A stretch of 64,000 nt of DNA from Tubiluchus corallicola (lineage: Eukaryota; Animalia; Priapulida): contig JAQGDQ010000343.1 in assembly GCA_030141605.1 (NCBI GenBank), forward strand, positions 62,001-126,000, read 5' to 3'. The notes under the pieces were generated by a model that was given only the letters and a program-made list of their open reading frames with translations, was not told where the DNA came from and did not search any database. Below, piece by piece: positions 32,917 through 46,354 of this stretch. The position numbers and the translations under genes were made by a program. The first letter of the stretch is position 1. Each line of letters begins with the position of its first letter.

Positions 32917-34653
32917 ATGAGTGCGGCTGCTGCGGGAGCACTTGCTGCTGCCTATATTCCGCTTGTCGTCTGCGTGATAGCCATACTGATATTTTCCTGG
33001 TTGTACGTTAGTTACTTTCAAAGCAAGTATGATAAGGAGCTTAGCTCTACGTTGACATCCATCTTCGGTTTGACCGTTACCTTGGTGACAGCTTCATTGG
33101 TCCCCGTCGATGTCTTTCTGGTCTCGTTCATGAAGGAAAGTGACGGGACGTTCAAACCGTGGGCTAACGAATCCAGCGAAAGAATAGAAAAAGGTGTTTT
33201 GTATACGTACTACACTCTGTACGCATGCACGCTATTTTTCACGTTTGTCCTGATGCCTGTCGTTTACTTTTACTACGAAGAAAAAGACGACGATATCCCG
33301 CTCCCTTGCCGCGCACGTTTCTGTGGCGCTTTAAAATATGCCGGTGGTTTTATAATACTCATGGCTGTGCTGTTAGTTGTTGGAGCAGTTGTTCCGTGGC
33401 AGATGCCCCCCGCTGCTAGCAACGAGACCGAGTGGGAGCGATTAGAGCAGTTATTTTCCAACTTAAAGTCCGTACGCGGAGAGGAAGCTCTTTCGTTTGT
33501 GATCAGCTGTCTCAGTCTAGGAGGATTTTTTGTGTTGCTGATATACACTGCATACGGCTTGTCCGCCTGGCCCATCGGCATGATCCGAGGATCGCCCAGG
33601 GCAGACGTTGAGTTGGCCAACATCAGCGAGCAAAGAACACGCGTCCAGGAAGAGATTTCGGCTATTCGAGAGAAATATTCCGATAACCGTCGCATGACGT
33701 CGCAAGATCGAGAGCGGTTAAGTGAACTGCAGGACAGTGAACGAGTCACGCAGATTCAAGTCCGAGCCCTGCAAGGCAAACTGGGAAGTTGCCTCTACAA
33801 ATGTGGCTGCCTTCTGCGACCATTTCAGTTGCTGTTCGGATTTCTATTCATAATTTTTGGCTTTCTGATTGTTGTCGGATTAACGTTGACAAACGTCGAC
33901 AGAATTCTGCACTCTGACGGCGCCAAGACGGGCTACGCGCTACCCAAACCTACAATTCCCAATCCACTGGACATACTCTTGCTGTTCTGTCAAAAAATTT
34001 TCCCACTTGACTATTTAGTGTTTGCAACTCTGGTCTTATACTTCCTAATGGCTACGCTAACTGCAGTAAGACACGCAGGAATCTGGTTTCTATGGATACG
34101 CATGTACAAAATCCGACCTCGCAAGACGCCTCCTCAAGGTCTGCTTCTGCTCTGTTCCATCCTGATGTTCATGGTTCTGTCATTGAATATAATCATGTAC
34201 TTGATCGCTCCGCAATACGTTACGTTTGGCAACCAGCGTTACATTGATGCAAATTTCATAAACGTAACAACGACAACAACAACAACAACAACACCACCAA
34301 CAACAACAGCGACGACAACAATGGCAATATTAACTACTAACTCATCATTTATTGAAGATCCAATGTCGTCACTACAAATGTCAGCGGAAGATTTACTTAA
34401 CCCCGAGCAGTGCTCTTTATCGGCACCTGCTGAATCGTGCACCATGACTCGTATATCTCTCTTGTTAAGTACATTTTTCTTCAAAGCTTGGTTTTTCGGC
34501 GCCTGCTACTACTGGGGCAGCTGGGCCTTTGTCGGTGTGTTTTTGCTGGGCGTGTTCGTTTCTGTGGTGCGTCGACCCATTTCTGCCTCCAGCGATGCCG
34601 TCTCGGAAGACGACTTTGATCGTGATGATGATGAGGAACTGTTAACGCCATGA
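32917..34653 (+). CDS. LMBRD1: Lysosomal cobalamin transport escort protein LMBD1 homologue, single-exon CDS, 578 aa
   Basis: Motifs LVPVDVFLVSFMK..DGTFKPWA, YFYYEEKDDD, YTAYGLSAWPI, IFPLDY, GIWFLWIRMYKIRPRKTPPQGLL, APQYVTFG, CTMTR, FFGACYYWG; multiple TM segments; acidic C-terminus ending DDEELL (dileucine-type signal). Confidence 0.93.
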   Translation: MSAAAAGALAAAYIPLVVCVIAILIFSWLYVSYFQSKYDKELSSTLTSIFGLTVTLVTASLVPVDVFLVSFMKESDGTFKPWANESSERIEKGVLYTYYTLYACTLFFTFVLMPVVYFYYEEKDDDIPLPCRARFCGALKYAGGFIILMAVLLVVGAVVPWQMPPAASNETEWERLEQLFSNLKSVRGEEALSFVISCLSLGGFFVLLIYTAYGLSAWPIGMIRGSPRADVELANISEQRTRVQEEISAIREKYSDNRRMTSQDRERLSELQDSERVTQIQVRALQGKLGSCLYKCGCLLRPFQLLFGFLFIIFGFLIVVGLTLTNVDRILHSDGAKTGYALPKPTIPNPLDILLLFCQKIFPLDYLVFATLVLYFLMATLTAVRHAGIWFLWIRMYKIRPRKTPPQGLLLLCSILMFMVLSLNIIMYLIAPQYVTFGNQRYIDANFINVTTTTTTTTTPPTTTATTTMAILTTNSSFIEDPMSSLQMSAEDLLNPEQCSLSAPAESCTMTRISLLLSTFFFKAWFFGACYYWGSWAFVGVFLLGVFVSVVRRPISASSDAVSEDDFDRDDDEELLTP

Positions 34654-35132
34654 CATGTATAATTTGCTTCTCTTGGACTGTAAGCACCGTGCAATTCAAA
34701 GAAAGGAGAAGTCACTTATAATGTTGTGTTTACTTTGCTGTTATCACATAAACCTAGAAAAGAGTGATGAAAGAAATTTGCCAAAAACTGTCTACAAAGC
34801 AAAAAGTTACTACCATGGAAATTTTCAGATACTGTGGTAGCGACCAATCACTTTGAAATTATGACGAAACTGGTGGACTCCGTGACTTTACGTAAGCGCC
34901 TCGTGGCTTTCTGTAACGGCACGCTACTTAAGCCCAATTTAATCTTCTGCAGTTTATCTAATCTTCATGCAAAAACATCACAAAAAGTATCTAATTTTTT
35001 CTACAAATTGATTTTTGTGCCCGGCTTTTCTTCAGTTAATGAACGACGCCTTTGGTAGAAGAACAGATGTTCAAAATGGGAGCGCTCAAGCATGAAATGA
35101 TAGCAACTTTAAAGTGATTATACTGATTACAT

Positions 35133-35616
35133 CAGGGGTGTGCAAATTGCGGCCCGCCAAAAGAATTTGTGCGGCCCGCGAACAGATTTGTCAACCTAAT
35201 GAAAGTGCGGCCCGGGCGATTAATTGAGTGTATCCAGCTGAAGTCCGTGCCACGATCCCAAAGATAGTGCGGGTAGTTTTTTCTACTAGATCGGATGCCA
35301 GTAACCCTTACAAGACGGTTGTAGCTTAATGTCACTGTACTACACAGACTGTGTGATACACATTACTAACATGCATTGTAATGAAATTACCACTATCTGT
35401 CCTGTAAGTAGAAATATATGGTTTGTTATATAAATTTTAATAACTTCTAAAATTGTTTCTTGAGTGTAGTAGTAATGATGTATGCAGGTCGGATGCAAAA
35501 AAAAATCGTTATTAGGCCTCTCTGTACTTGGCGCCTTGATCAAACTGCCTGTGACCCGCAGAAATTGCGGGAAAGTTTAAAGTGGCCCGGCTAGTCAGAT
35601 AATTTGCACACCCCTG
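35133..35616. mobile_element. hAT (Charlie-like) MITE
   Basis: 16-bp TIR CAGGGGTGTGCAAATT; gcggccc subterminal motifs; perfect 8-bp TSD GATTACAT. Confidence 0.9.
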
Positions 35617-37129
35617 GATTACATGAAGCTGTCATCACACTTTTATTACTAAACCCTTCTATCATTTTTAATGCAAATATTAAAATAAGCTTAACTTCCC
35701 AAAAAACTTGGTGTTTGCTTCAATGTCATTTTTGGACTTCATTATCTAGTCATGAGCGTAATAACTACTTGAAACTACGGAGTTTGATTTATTTAGCTAA
35801 TAAATAGGACATTTATTATTCAGTGATTAATTTTTTTGAGCAACCTGTAAATTGTAGCATAAAATTTAGCTCCCGCTTAGAAACTACACTATAATTTCCT
35901 AGTTTTTAAACAAATGCATGCAATTTGTTTACCTAGACTTCTTGTGATATGTATAATTAATTGTTTAGCACTTTAAGCAATATTAAATACCCTTCTGTAT
36001 AAAGTAGGTTTGTGAGACATAAAAGAAATTCGACATATTAGTTGAATTCATTCATAATAGTATTCATAGCAATTATAACAGTTTTTGTATACATGTAATT
36101 ATTTTAATGGTACCTAAGTATTCATAATAATTATTATTAATCATGGCATGAATACTAATTTGGATAATCAAATGTCTGCCTTCAGGTAGGCAAGTTAATT
36201 TATCTGTGGTAGGGTAGCTAAGGGCCTTAGCTCTTATTTCAACCCTTTTGCTGAGATCATTGCGTAGTTCTACTCTTTAAAAACAAATCGTAGTCCTAAA
36301 TTTAAAAAGGACGACTTTTTGGGTAGGCAATAATAGTAACAATAACTTTGAGCATTTGCGTTGTAGTAATTTGACTTGAATTTGGTTTGTATTTTTAATA
36401 ATGTATTTATTACGATGACATCGTGCATGTCTGGCTGTGATGTGATAAATTTTATGCTGTTGCTACTCAGAGTGTAAGAAATCATACATTGAACATAATG
36501 GTGTGAATTATATGATTATATATATTATATATATATGATTTTGAAAGTGATTTAAAAAATAAAAATTCGTTTTGTGTTTTGTGTTGAAAAAGGTACAGAA
36601 GAAAGAAAGCAATACTGCTGTTGAAAAGATGTGACAAAATTTGTATATAATGGTGAAAAGATATACTCTATGCGGTTGCGAAGGAAAAGCGGTTTTAGTG
36701 ATGCTGTCAATTAACCAACGAGTCCTGAAACAGATAAAAATAATTTAAACCGAAATGATGAATGTTCAGCATTCGTGCAAATTTGGACAACTGCTTTGTC
36801 AATTACCTGTGCTAAACAACCTAGGCCTGTGCAGTGCAGCACTATTATCCAATATCATTGTACAGGGTGGTCCAGAAAAAATGTTTCCCTAATTTAACAT
36901 CTAGCCCTTGATCCTGATAGGGAAATTTGTAAACGACCTACTTCATCATGTAACCCGGTTCTTCTCTTTCCAAAAAGCATTAAATTTCCCTGCAAGACCC
37001 ACACCAATCGCGGGCAATTTAGGCGTTTTCCCTAGAACTAAGACACGGTGTTCCGGCACTGAGCGCGAGAAACGGGTGGTTTTTGCAGGTTTCACCCTGA
37101 GGGGACACCTTATAGAAAAAACGCCCTAG

Positions 37130-37437
37130 CCAAGAGAGTCAGTTCTTGATCACATTTGACTTGCAGCGTCGACTGTGGCTGAGCAGTGCGATCCTTGAAC
37201 GTCTTCAGGGCGCACGTCTGGGCAAGGTGTATGGAGATCCTGAGTTGTCCAGACAACAGGAACCCTCTCTCTTCCACCCTGGTGTAGTCCAAAGGAAAGC
37301 GGAGCGAAACGTTTGGCACCAGGTTGGCTGCCGGAGTCAGTGAGCATGCTGCACTGGTCCGCCTTCGGGGCTACACTCATAATTTGGAAGGTTTACTCCT
37401 CTACACATGGCCGTTGGATCACTTGACCTCCTCCGCC
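37130..37437 (-). mobile_element. Second, 3'-truncated copy of the 222-592 element
   Basis: Closely matching reverse complement of about 235-544, with small indels; also visible as matching ORF-track translations. Confidence 0.7.
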
Positions 37438-38604
37438 ACGTAATGATGTAGATGGTTTTTAAAATATCTTTACTAGAACAAAGGACTGTGAGTTATTTTG
37501 GGAAACATTTTTATGAACTACCAAGTTTAAAATGAGCAGGAAAAAGAAATCTTAAAGATCTAACTTTTTAATATACAAAAAAGTAGAACAAGCAACTGGA
37601 ACAACATGAAAACAAAATTAGAGAAAAAAGAAGCACAGAAGATTAGAAAATTCATCTTTGAACAATAAAATATTATTTATACCAAGCGGTCGATTACAAA
37701 TTCGAAATTTTATTAGTATAACATGATATATGTATAAGCTTTTCAAAAGTTTTAATATGTAATTGCATAATTATTCTTTCGTTCCATTAGGCAAACTTAA
37801 CAGTGGTCACCCATCCACTTACTAACCAGTGATTTCAATTGCTGATCATACACAACGACCATGCGGCTATTCCCTCGCCCCTGAAACGGCTTAAGAACGT
37901 CATTCATTCTTGCAAGAGATTATAGCCTTTGAAAATCAGCAGCCGGATTCAGCCAGGGTGGTTTGACATCTGCCCATTTTTGTTTACGAGCCTGGATCCG
38001 CCCCCCCCCCCAGGCTTGCGACCTGCCGGGATCATGCCACTGATGGATATGACGATACCGTATCAGTTAAATGTTCGCGAGGAACGTAGGTAACAACAAT
38101 TTTTTTCTTCTTTTTAATGTGGAACTATTTGGCAAGGAGGCGGAGGAGTTTGGAACTACTTTTAGCAGACGGAAAGAAAAAAGCTTTTGTGATAAAATGT
38201 TTCACAAAGAGTTTTTGTGTTATTTTGTATCTTTATGAGTTTTAATAAAAGTAGTTACTGTTAATCCACGTGTCTGATGCATCTCTTTTTGCCTGCCTGA
38301 GCTTGTTGTTTGCAGGTTGTCTGTTGTGTTTGAAACAAGCGCTTACCCGGATATCAGAGGGGGGACGCCCATCCCCCCCCTCGCAAAGGTGAAGTGTTTT
38401 GTTAAATTTAATCATCAATGACCAATGGTAGAAGTGCTACTCGGAATGGAGGACATTTTCTATAGATACAGGCATGTACGGGTGCAATGCGCATGCGTCG
38501 TAGACTACATGCAAAGCATCCCTCAAAATCATTAATCACTAAAGGTTGCAGAGGCTACGTAAATTATTACTGTAACAATTATACATTTTTATTAATCAGC
38601 TTGA

Positions 38605-39113
38605 GAGTGGCGGCTCGTAGCTAAAATTATTGTTTCTGGGGTGCTGTTTGAAAAATGCTTTAGCCATTGTTTTAATATTGTGTAAAACGAAACGAATATA
38701 TGTAATTTTAACGTTGTAAGTTTAAGCAAACAAAAACACAAACGTTTATACATTAACTTGATAAAATCCTAAACAAAAAATATGTTTTGCTGACTAATAG
38801 CCTAAATTGTCGTAGTTTAAGCTTGATCCATTCACGGTAAGCACGTGACAACTGACAACAAACTGTGTGAGCGACAGTACTTTCTCTACCTGGGTTCAGA
38901 CATGTGCCTATGACCGCATGCGCACAACAGACAAACACCGCATTGCTGGAGCGCACTGTGCTGGGTTGTGAAGCAAGCAGTACTACCCTCAAATGCTCCG
39001 ATTCTGTACAAGTATAAAGAAAGAAAAAAGGACGTAATTGAATATTATCGATAACATTGAGCGAAAATAGGAGGTGCTGCAGTTCCACAGCACCAATACA
39101 CGAGCCGCCACGG
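38605..39113. mobile_element. hAT element related to 18665-19576
   Basis: Same TIRs (GTGGCGGCTCGT / CACGAGCCGCCAC) and shared internal sequence; TSD degenerate. Confidence 0.65.
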
Positions 39114-39269
39114 GTTGGAGGTAAAATGCCTGCGGTGTTGCTACATTATGCAACAGTCAAGGACTCTATCTTAATGGACGTTGTACATTTCTGCTTATTG
39201 CAGTTAATCTACTGATTCGTTTGTAGCGTAAAAATAATTGTAACCTACGTTACATGTACATGGAAATCG

Positions 39270-39545
39270 AGAAGTGAAAATCCACTTTGCGATATTCTAC
39301 TGCTAAAACATACTGGAGAAGTGAAAATCCACTTTGCGATATTCTACTACTAAAACATACTGGAGAAGTGAAAATCCACTTTGCGATATTCTACTGCTAA
39401 AACATATACTGGAGAAGTGAAAATCCACTTTGCGATATTCTACTGCTAAAACATATACTGGAGAAGTGAAAATCCACTTTGCGATATTCTACTGCTAAAA
39501 CATATACTGGAGATGTGAAAATCCACTTTGCGATATTCTACTAGT
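39270..39545. repeat. 47-49-bp minisatellite, about 6 copies
   Basis: Unit ggagaagtgaaaatccactttgcgatattctactgctaaaacatatact. Confidence 0.92.
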
Positions 39546-39779
39546 AAAGCATATGCCGTTCTCACAACATGCAAATATTATCATCATTCTTTGCGTATTG
39601 CAATTACATGCAATGTCTGGTACAAAATAAATAAACAAGTAAACAAAACTGGAAATTAAATAAGTTAGTAGATCAATAATTAAGATCATGCAAGATTTCC
39701 TCAGCTTCATTTTCAGCGTACAAGCATAATTTTGTTGCAAAAACACAGACTTTCTATCAACTTAAGATTGAACTTGTAA

Positions 39780-40372
39780 TTTAAAGCAAAACCGGACTCA
39801 ATCTTAAACTGTAGGTCAAAACAATCTATTCTTTAAAATATTGAAAGGAAACGTACTATTCTTTCAAAAATGACTTACGTGAAAGAATTATTACCACACA
39901 AACACAATTTCACGTTCGCACCATTAGTTCTTCACTGTTACATGCATTTCACCATTCGTTAGTTAGACGGGCACTAGCGCCTGCATTTCGGAAACCCATT
40001 GCACCAAAAACAGTTGCTGTACCTCTCAGTTGAAATGTGTTAGTTTGTGACGAACTACACATGTTCGACATCTCATGCGTGATCACACTTGCCTGGTTTT
40101 AGCACAACACACTGAATATCTTATAGTAGCACTTTACTTAAATTTTCGCTTTTGCAAACACGCGCAACATGCCCGTGGAATATTTTTAGTAATTAAAATT
40201 ATGTTCGTTTGTGATGTTATCAATAGTTTGGCTCGCCCACCGTTAATTAAGATGTTAATCTATTATTTAATTATTAGAAACGCTTTTGCAGTATTATTGG
40301 TATTAAAATGCATACTTTTTATCGGAATTGAAAATTGAGTAGTGTATGAAAACTCACCCTGCCTTCCTTTAA
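39780..40372 (+). mobile_element. Copy of the TTAA-flanked repeat family (see 49036-49724)
   Basis: Aligns to 49108-49728 and ends cttcctttaa. Confidence 0.7.
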
Positions 40373-40932
40373 GCCTACCAGAGGCATAGTATCAAAAAAC
40401 GAAATACCAGAGTTTCACGCCAACAATATTTTATGAAGTTTGAACAATAAACGGAATCATGACTAGCAAAATAATTGCACGAAATTTCGTATCTGTCGTG
40501 ATATTTCCTTTAGAAAAAAATCTGTTTTTTTGTATGAATCCAAGAATACATCAACGCACTGAAGTTTGGAAGAAAATATGCAATTGGCAATAGTAAATGG
40601 TTTATTTAGTGCAAAGACCTACAAAGCGCCTTTTACATTTGGCTGTACATTAAACTGGGTATTCGATTGCGAGTGATTGTGAACGTGGTATAAGTTTCAA
40701 ATATGTGTAAAATTAAGATAAAATGACTGATTGTAAGGGGAAACTATTATGAAGCTCAAAGAAAACCAATATTATTTCATTACTCAAGGTTAAACGCTGA
40801 AACACACAAGGTTAGACAAAATGAATTTGTTTTAAATTTTCTCTTTCAAATCAATTTACTGAAATATAAATGCATTTGGCCACAAAAATGTTTAAAAACT
40901 TTCAATGAACTTTTGTAAATTTAATTGCTCAA

Positions 40933-41140
40933 TCAGAATCACTCTATAGTGTGCGAAATTTAACGTTGGAAATGCAGAATTTGGTTGGCCAGCTATAAGA
41001 GATGAACTTTGGACTACCTTGACCACAGGAAGATACACTGACCGATTAGTCTAAGGCATCTGCCCTGTAAGCAGAAGATTCCTGGGTCAAATCTGGACTG
41101 TATTCCAGGTTTTTTTGCATTTCCTATCCTTCAAACTTAG
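40933..41140 (+). mobile_element. Repeat with internal tRNA-like segment; copy at ~51293-51500
   Basis: Shared gaactttgga...ccttgaccac.gg; A-box tggctgagtggtctaag and B-box ggttcaaattc are clearest in the 51.4 kb copy. Confidence 0.5.
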
Positions 41141-41352
41141 CAAAATTTAATGAGGGTTTGTACCGTCATAATGATGATCTTACCATATGATTATAATAAT
41201 TGATTCTTCAATTAAGATGGTCTAATGTGGGACTATGAGTTTTACGTCTTCCTAAAACCAATTAAATTACAAGGACCTTGACGTTCTTATTCCTTTCATT
41301 GTTAATACTGACACATCACATCTTTAGACTAACATATTCACCGTTGTCTGGT

Positions 41353-41701
41353 ACAGTGGCGCCCAAACTGCGGTCATGACCCCCAAAGGGGCCATGATGC
41401 CTTTTTCTATGGGTCAGGAGGGTCCAACAGCATCTTTCTGTCACATCTTTCATTTAACTGTCACATGCATCTTTCTTATTAAAATATATTATTAAATCAG
41501 TCCTTATTAATAAACATTAGTAAACAATTTTTATTATTGACGTCGCTGCTGTGATTAATATTTTAAATTTGAAAATAATGCATCTGCGATACAAAAAAAT
41601 TAGTACGTTTTCGAAAGCTTATAATTAGGGTGGGGGCTCTTGGTAGGTGTGGTACTACTAAAAGGGGTCACGTGACTGGAGGAAAAGTTTGAGAAGCGAT
41701 G
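41353..41701. mobile_element. Degenerate hAT/Charlie-like MITE
   Basis: CAGTGGCGCCCAAAC...ggggtcacg...aaagtttgagaagcgatg. Confidence 0.45.
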
Positions 41702-41892
41702 TGTCTCGAACTGTTGCAAGTGAAAAACAGTCGCCATTTTAAACACGTTGGCATACAAGCCTTGCAGTTATTGTTAATTTTACACGTAGCACAAGTTGGC
41801 CACTGCATGACGATTCTGTGAGAATCGTGCTTGTAAGAATATGTAATGGTCTTTGTTCTGTCTATCTGAGTCTTTGTATATAAGTTTTTTAA

Positions 41893-42367
41893 TGTTCTGT
41901 GTGCTCTAAGACACAGTATGTATACGTTATCAATGATTTAGTTTGGCAGAAGGCTTTTATAACATACGATATTCATGATAATATCTAAAAGTAGATTAGG
42001 TACAAGTTTGAGATAACGTATGTCATGTAAAGGCTATATGGTATACACATTGTTGGTAAACTGCAGCATTAACCCTTATTTACCAGTACCGGGGTACAAA
42101 ATCGCCCGAGTGCCTTTATTAAATTATTAATTACACCATTTCCCTCTGAAGCAGCCAGGAGTTGTTCTGTTCTGTGTTTAAATGATTATGTGTTTGATAT
42201 AGACTGGTACTGTTTGCTCTGTTTTGATCTTACATGGCATACGTCATCTCAAACTTGTACCTAATCTACTTTTAGATATTATTATGAATATCGTATGTTA
42301 TAAAAGCCTTCTGTCAAACTAAATCATTGGTAATGTGTAGAAACTGTGTTTTAGGGCACACAGAACA
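41893..42367. repeat. Long inverted repeat (foldback MITE-like): ~138-bp arms, ~200-bp loop
   Basis: 41893-42030 is the near reverse complement of 42230-42367. Confidence 0.85.
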
Positions 42368-42648
42368 ATCCCCCCCCCCCCCCGTTGGACGGTTTACTAA
42401 TAGAATAGTTTTGATTAATGTTTGTGCTCATGTTTATTAATATTGTTTGTTTGTTGCACTGTTATTAAAGTTGTTTGTAAATATTGTAAAATATATATTA
42501 GCATTTCAATTAACTCTTTCTCCTTTTTTGGCAATTTGAAACACAAGTAAGTTGGGTATTCTGCATATAAATATGTTTCTCATTTAATCAAGCTTTTACG
42601 GCTTTGGTTATTAAACAAAGGGTAATTTAAGAACCTCGGAGGGCTCTC

Positions 42649-43128
42649 AGTAAAGGAAAGCTGTGTTAAATAGTGATTTTGATTAAATTGGTGATTAAAT
42701 TATTAAATTAATAATTCAAGATTAAATGCTTGACGATGCAAGATTAAACTATCGTCGTGGCTAGAAGCCTAGTTAGGTGTGACATTACGTGACCAGCTGA
42801 TGTTCGACCGGCTGACTCAAAAGTAAAGATCGATGATGTAATCCTTATGTGCAGAAGCTCACGCTGCATTAGGGAGTTAGACAAAAGTGTTTTGAGGCCC
42901 GCACCTCGGGGAGATTAGGAACTGACTTGAAGACGGAGGGCTGGCATTACTATCCTCTTATATTTATCGTGTTGTGTTTGTTGTTTAATAAATGTGTAGT
43001 TTATTAAATAAAGTCTTGACAGTTTGCCATGCCCATCGTGGCTCCCTCACACGCCACACAATAAACAACAATAATCAGCAAGCAGCTTTAACCACAAGAA
43101 CAAATAGACCCTAACCAATTATTTTAGT
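42649..43128 (+). mobile_element. Second copy of the LTR-like repeat
   Basis: High identity to 17226-17870 without the internal duplication. Confidence 0.7.
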
Positions 43129-44667
43129 CGCTCCCCCTTTAAAGTGTTAAATTCGTAACAAATCCCGCCCTCTACACACTGGTGTTGTAGTTCGTCTCCT
43201 GCAAGCCCTATGGTCGTAAAGAATCTCGCTTATTCAGTACAGTTGTTCTTAAGGCCAATTTTCTCCGATATTAACCCATTTTACCCGATATGTTTTGAAA
43301 TGAATGAATAAAATTTATAAAATGCGACTGAGTAAACTTTCAAAAATTTTTAACAATTATTAACAAAAAGACAAGAACACGTGAATAAGAGATTTTAGGA
43401 TGATACGGTATCGTTTCATTTAGTGAAATATAATTTGCCCGCTGCAGACAAAAGGTCACATTCTCGTCCGGATTTGCTGATTTTTCTGCGCAGTTTACAG
43501 CCTCGGGGAGGAAAAAAGCATGAATGGCACTATTTTGCACTATCAGCGCGTATCAATGCGCACACGCACGCCTACGCTACGTAGTAAAAGCTTGTTTTTT
43601 GTAACTAATTTTATCTTTTTAGTCATCTATAAATTAACCTCCCACGCACACTTATTTGAAATAGTTGACCTAGCTATACAAAGGTGTAAAACGTACAAGG
43701 TTATTTTATGTCAGTCAGTCGAATCACTCGATTAAAATACATCAGCACTTTATACCCGGACCGGAAAGAAGACGGATCCGTTTGAATTTCGTCTATTAGA
43801 TAAAAACAATTACTTTCAGCAGCCCCAGGCAATCACAGACCTGGTTTTGTTTTGTTTTATTTCGTATGCCATACACCTTATAATACACTTTTACTGTCTT
43901 TTAAATATGTCTACGCATGCGTCTGCGGAGTTTGTGTCTTAAGGGAATAGACCTATATATATGATTTTCATTCCTACTCGTGGTACAATCGTATCAAATA
44001 AACAAACAGATCAACAAGCAAAATAACATTAATTAACAAGATTAGTAAGCAATGTGAATATATACAATTAAGTGAGAGTAAGATATGTTAGTATGGCGCA
44101 CAACTCATTTCTGTCAAAAATAAAAACAATTACGTTCTAGAGACCATATAACTTCTTTAATAAAATTTACAGTCCGTATTTGTTCATCGCTAGCATTACC
44201 TCTTACATCTACTGTGCAAGAAAAAACTTTAGAAAGAAAATTAAAAAGTTTTGTACTCGTTACAAATAGATAACAAATTATAACCCATTATCCAAGACGC
44301 ATGAAATCGAGAATTATGTGCTAAGAAATTAGCTGTGATTTTCAACCAATAAGCAACTATGTGGTAAAATTTAACAAATTGTTTTTGTAGCTGTTTAACT
44401 GGGGGGTGGGGGACAATATCACATACAAAAGGAAGACAGTATCTGTGTGATCTAAACGGTAAATTCCAAACTTTTGTTACTGCAATATTCCAAGCCGTAC
44501 TTAGTTTAGAAATTTTACTATCGAATTTCCAGGCTTGACTTGCGTATGACTTAGTTTTTATTTTTATTTTATTTATAAAACATCTACGAACAGAAGTTAA
44601 GAGATTTGTATGACCATTAAAAACATCGTAAAATATATCGACAATGTATAGGGAGTAAAATTACAGC

Positions 44668-46066
44668 TAAAAGTACAGAACACGTGGTACATGGTTAGTA
44701 CAGTATAAACACACAAGTATGTGCAAATAAATGAAAAGTACAGAATACATGGTACATGCTTAGTACAATATAAACACACAAGTGTGTGCAAGTAAATTAA
44801 TAGTACAGAATACATGGTACATGGTTAGTACAATATAAACACACAAGTATGTGCAAGTAAATTAAAAGTACAGAACACATGGTACACGGTTAGTACAATA
44901 TAAACACACAAGTATGTGCTGGTACATGGTTAGTACAATATAAACACACAAGTATGTGCAAGTAAATTAAAAGTGCAGATTACATGGTACATGGTTAGTA
45001 CAATCTAAACACACAAGTATGTGCTGGTACATGGTTAGTACAATATAAACACACAAGTATGTGCTGGTACATGGTTAGTACAATATAAACACACAAGTAT
45101 GTGCAAGTAAATTAAAAGTGCAGATTACATGGTACATGGTTAGTACAATCTAAACACACAAGTATGTGCAAGTAAATTAAAAGTACAGATTACATGGTAC
45201 ATGGCTAGTACATTATAAACAGACAAGTATGTGCAAGTAAATTAAAAGTACAGAATACATGGTACATGGTTAGTACAATATAAACACACAAGTGTGTGCA
45301 AATAAATTAAAAGTACAGAAGACATGGTACATGGTTAGCACAATATAAACACAGAAGTATGTGCAAGTAAATTAAAAGTACAGAATACATGGTACATGGT
45401 TAGTACAATATAAACACACAAGTACGTGCAGATAAATTAAAAGTACAGAATACATGGTACATGGTTAGTACAATATAAACACAAAAGTATGTGCAAATAA
45501 ATTAAAAGTACAGAATACATGGTACATGGTTAGTACAATATAAACACACAAGTATGTTCAAGTAAATTAAAAGTACAGAATACATGGTACATGGTTAGTA
45601 CAATATAAACACACAAGTATGTGCTGGTACATGGTTAGTACAATATAAACACACAAGTATGTGCAAGTAAATTAAAAGTGCAGATTACATGGTACATGGT
45701 TAGTACAATCTAAACACACAAGTATGTGCAAGTAAATTAAAAGTGCAGATTACATGGTACATGGTTAGTACAATCTAAACACACAAGTATGTGCTGGTAC
45801 ATGGTTAGTACAATATAAACACACAAGTATGTGCAAGTAAATTAAAAGTGCAGATTACATGGTACATGGCTAGTACAATATAAACAGACAAGTATGTGCA
45901 AGTAAATTAAAAGTACAGAATACATGGTACATGGTTAGTACAATATAAACACACAAGTGTGTGCAAATAAATTAAAACTACAGAATACATGGTACATGGT
46001 TAGCACAATATAAACACACAAGTATGTGCAAGTAAGTTAAAAGTACAGACTACATACTACATGGCA
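44668..46066. repeat. 65-bp minisatellite with interspersed 40-bp deletion variants
   Basis: Unit aagtacagaatacatggtacatggttagtacaatataaacacacaagtatgtgcaagtaaattaa. Confidence 0.95.
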
Positions 46067-46354
46067 CATTTGAGACTATTTTCCCAATAAACTCTAAACA
46101 TTTTCATTCCTCGGTAGATATTTAAATTTGAAATGATTGACAGTTGTATTCAAGTATGTTAAGAATACTGGAATAATAACAACATAGTCTAACATGAGTT
46201 GGTGATTTATAAACTTTTGGAGCATATAGATAAAACAATCGTTTATTGCATTTCTTCATACAATTGACGTCAAACATATTGGTCTCCGCCCCCACTGTGA
46301 CGTAAACACGCTCAGCAGCATTCGGGACAACAGCTCACGCAGGACAACACCTGT

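Noticed and set aside
32695-34715. Antisense and alternative-frame ORFs overlapping LMBRD1
   Set aside because: Expected shadows of a GC-richer CDS; no independent motifs.
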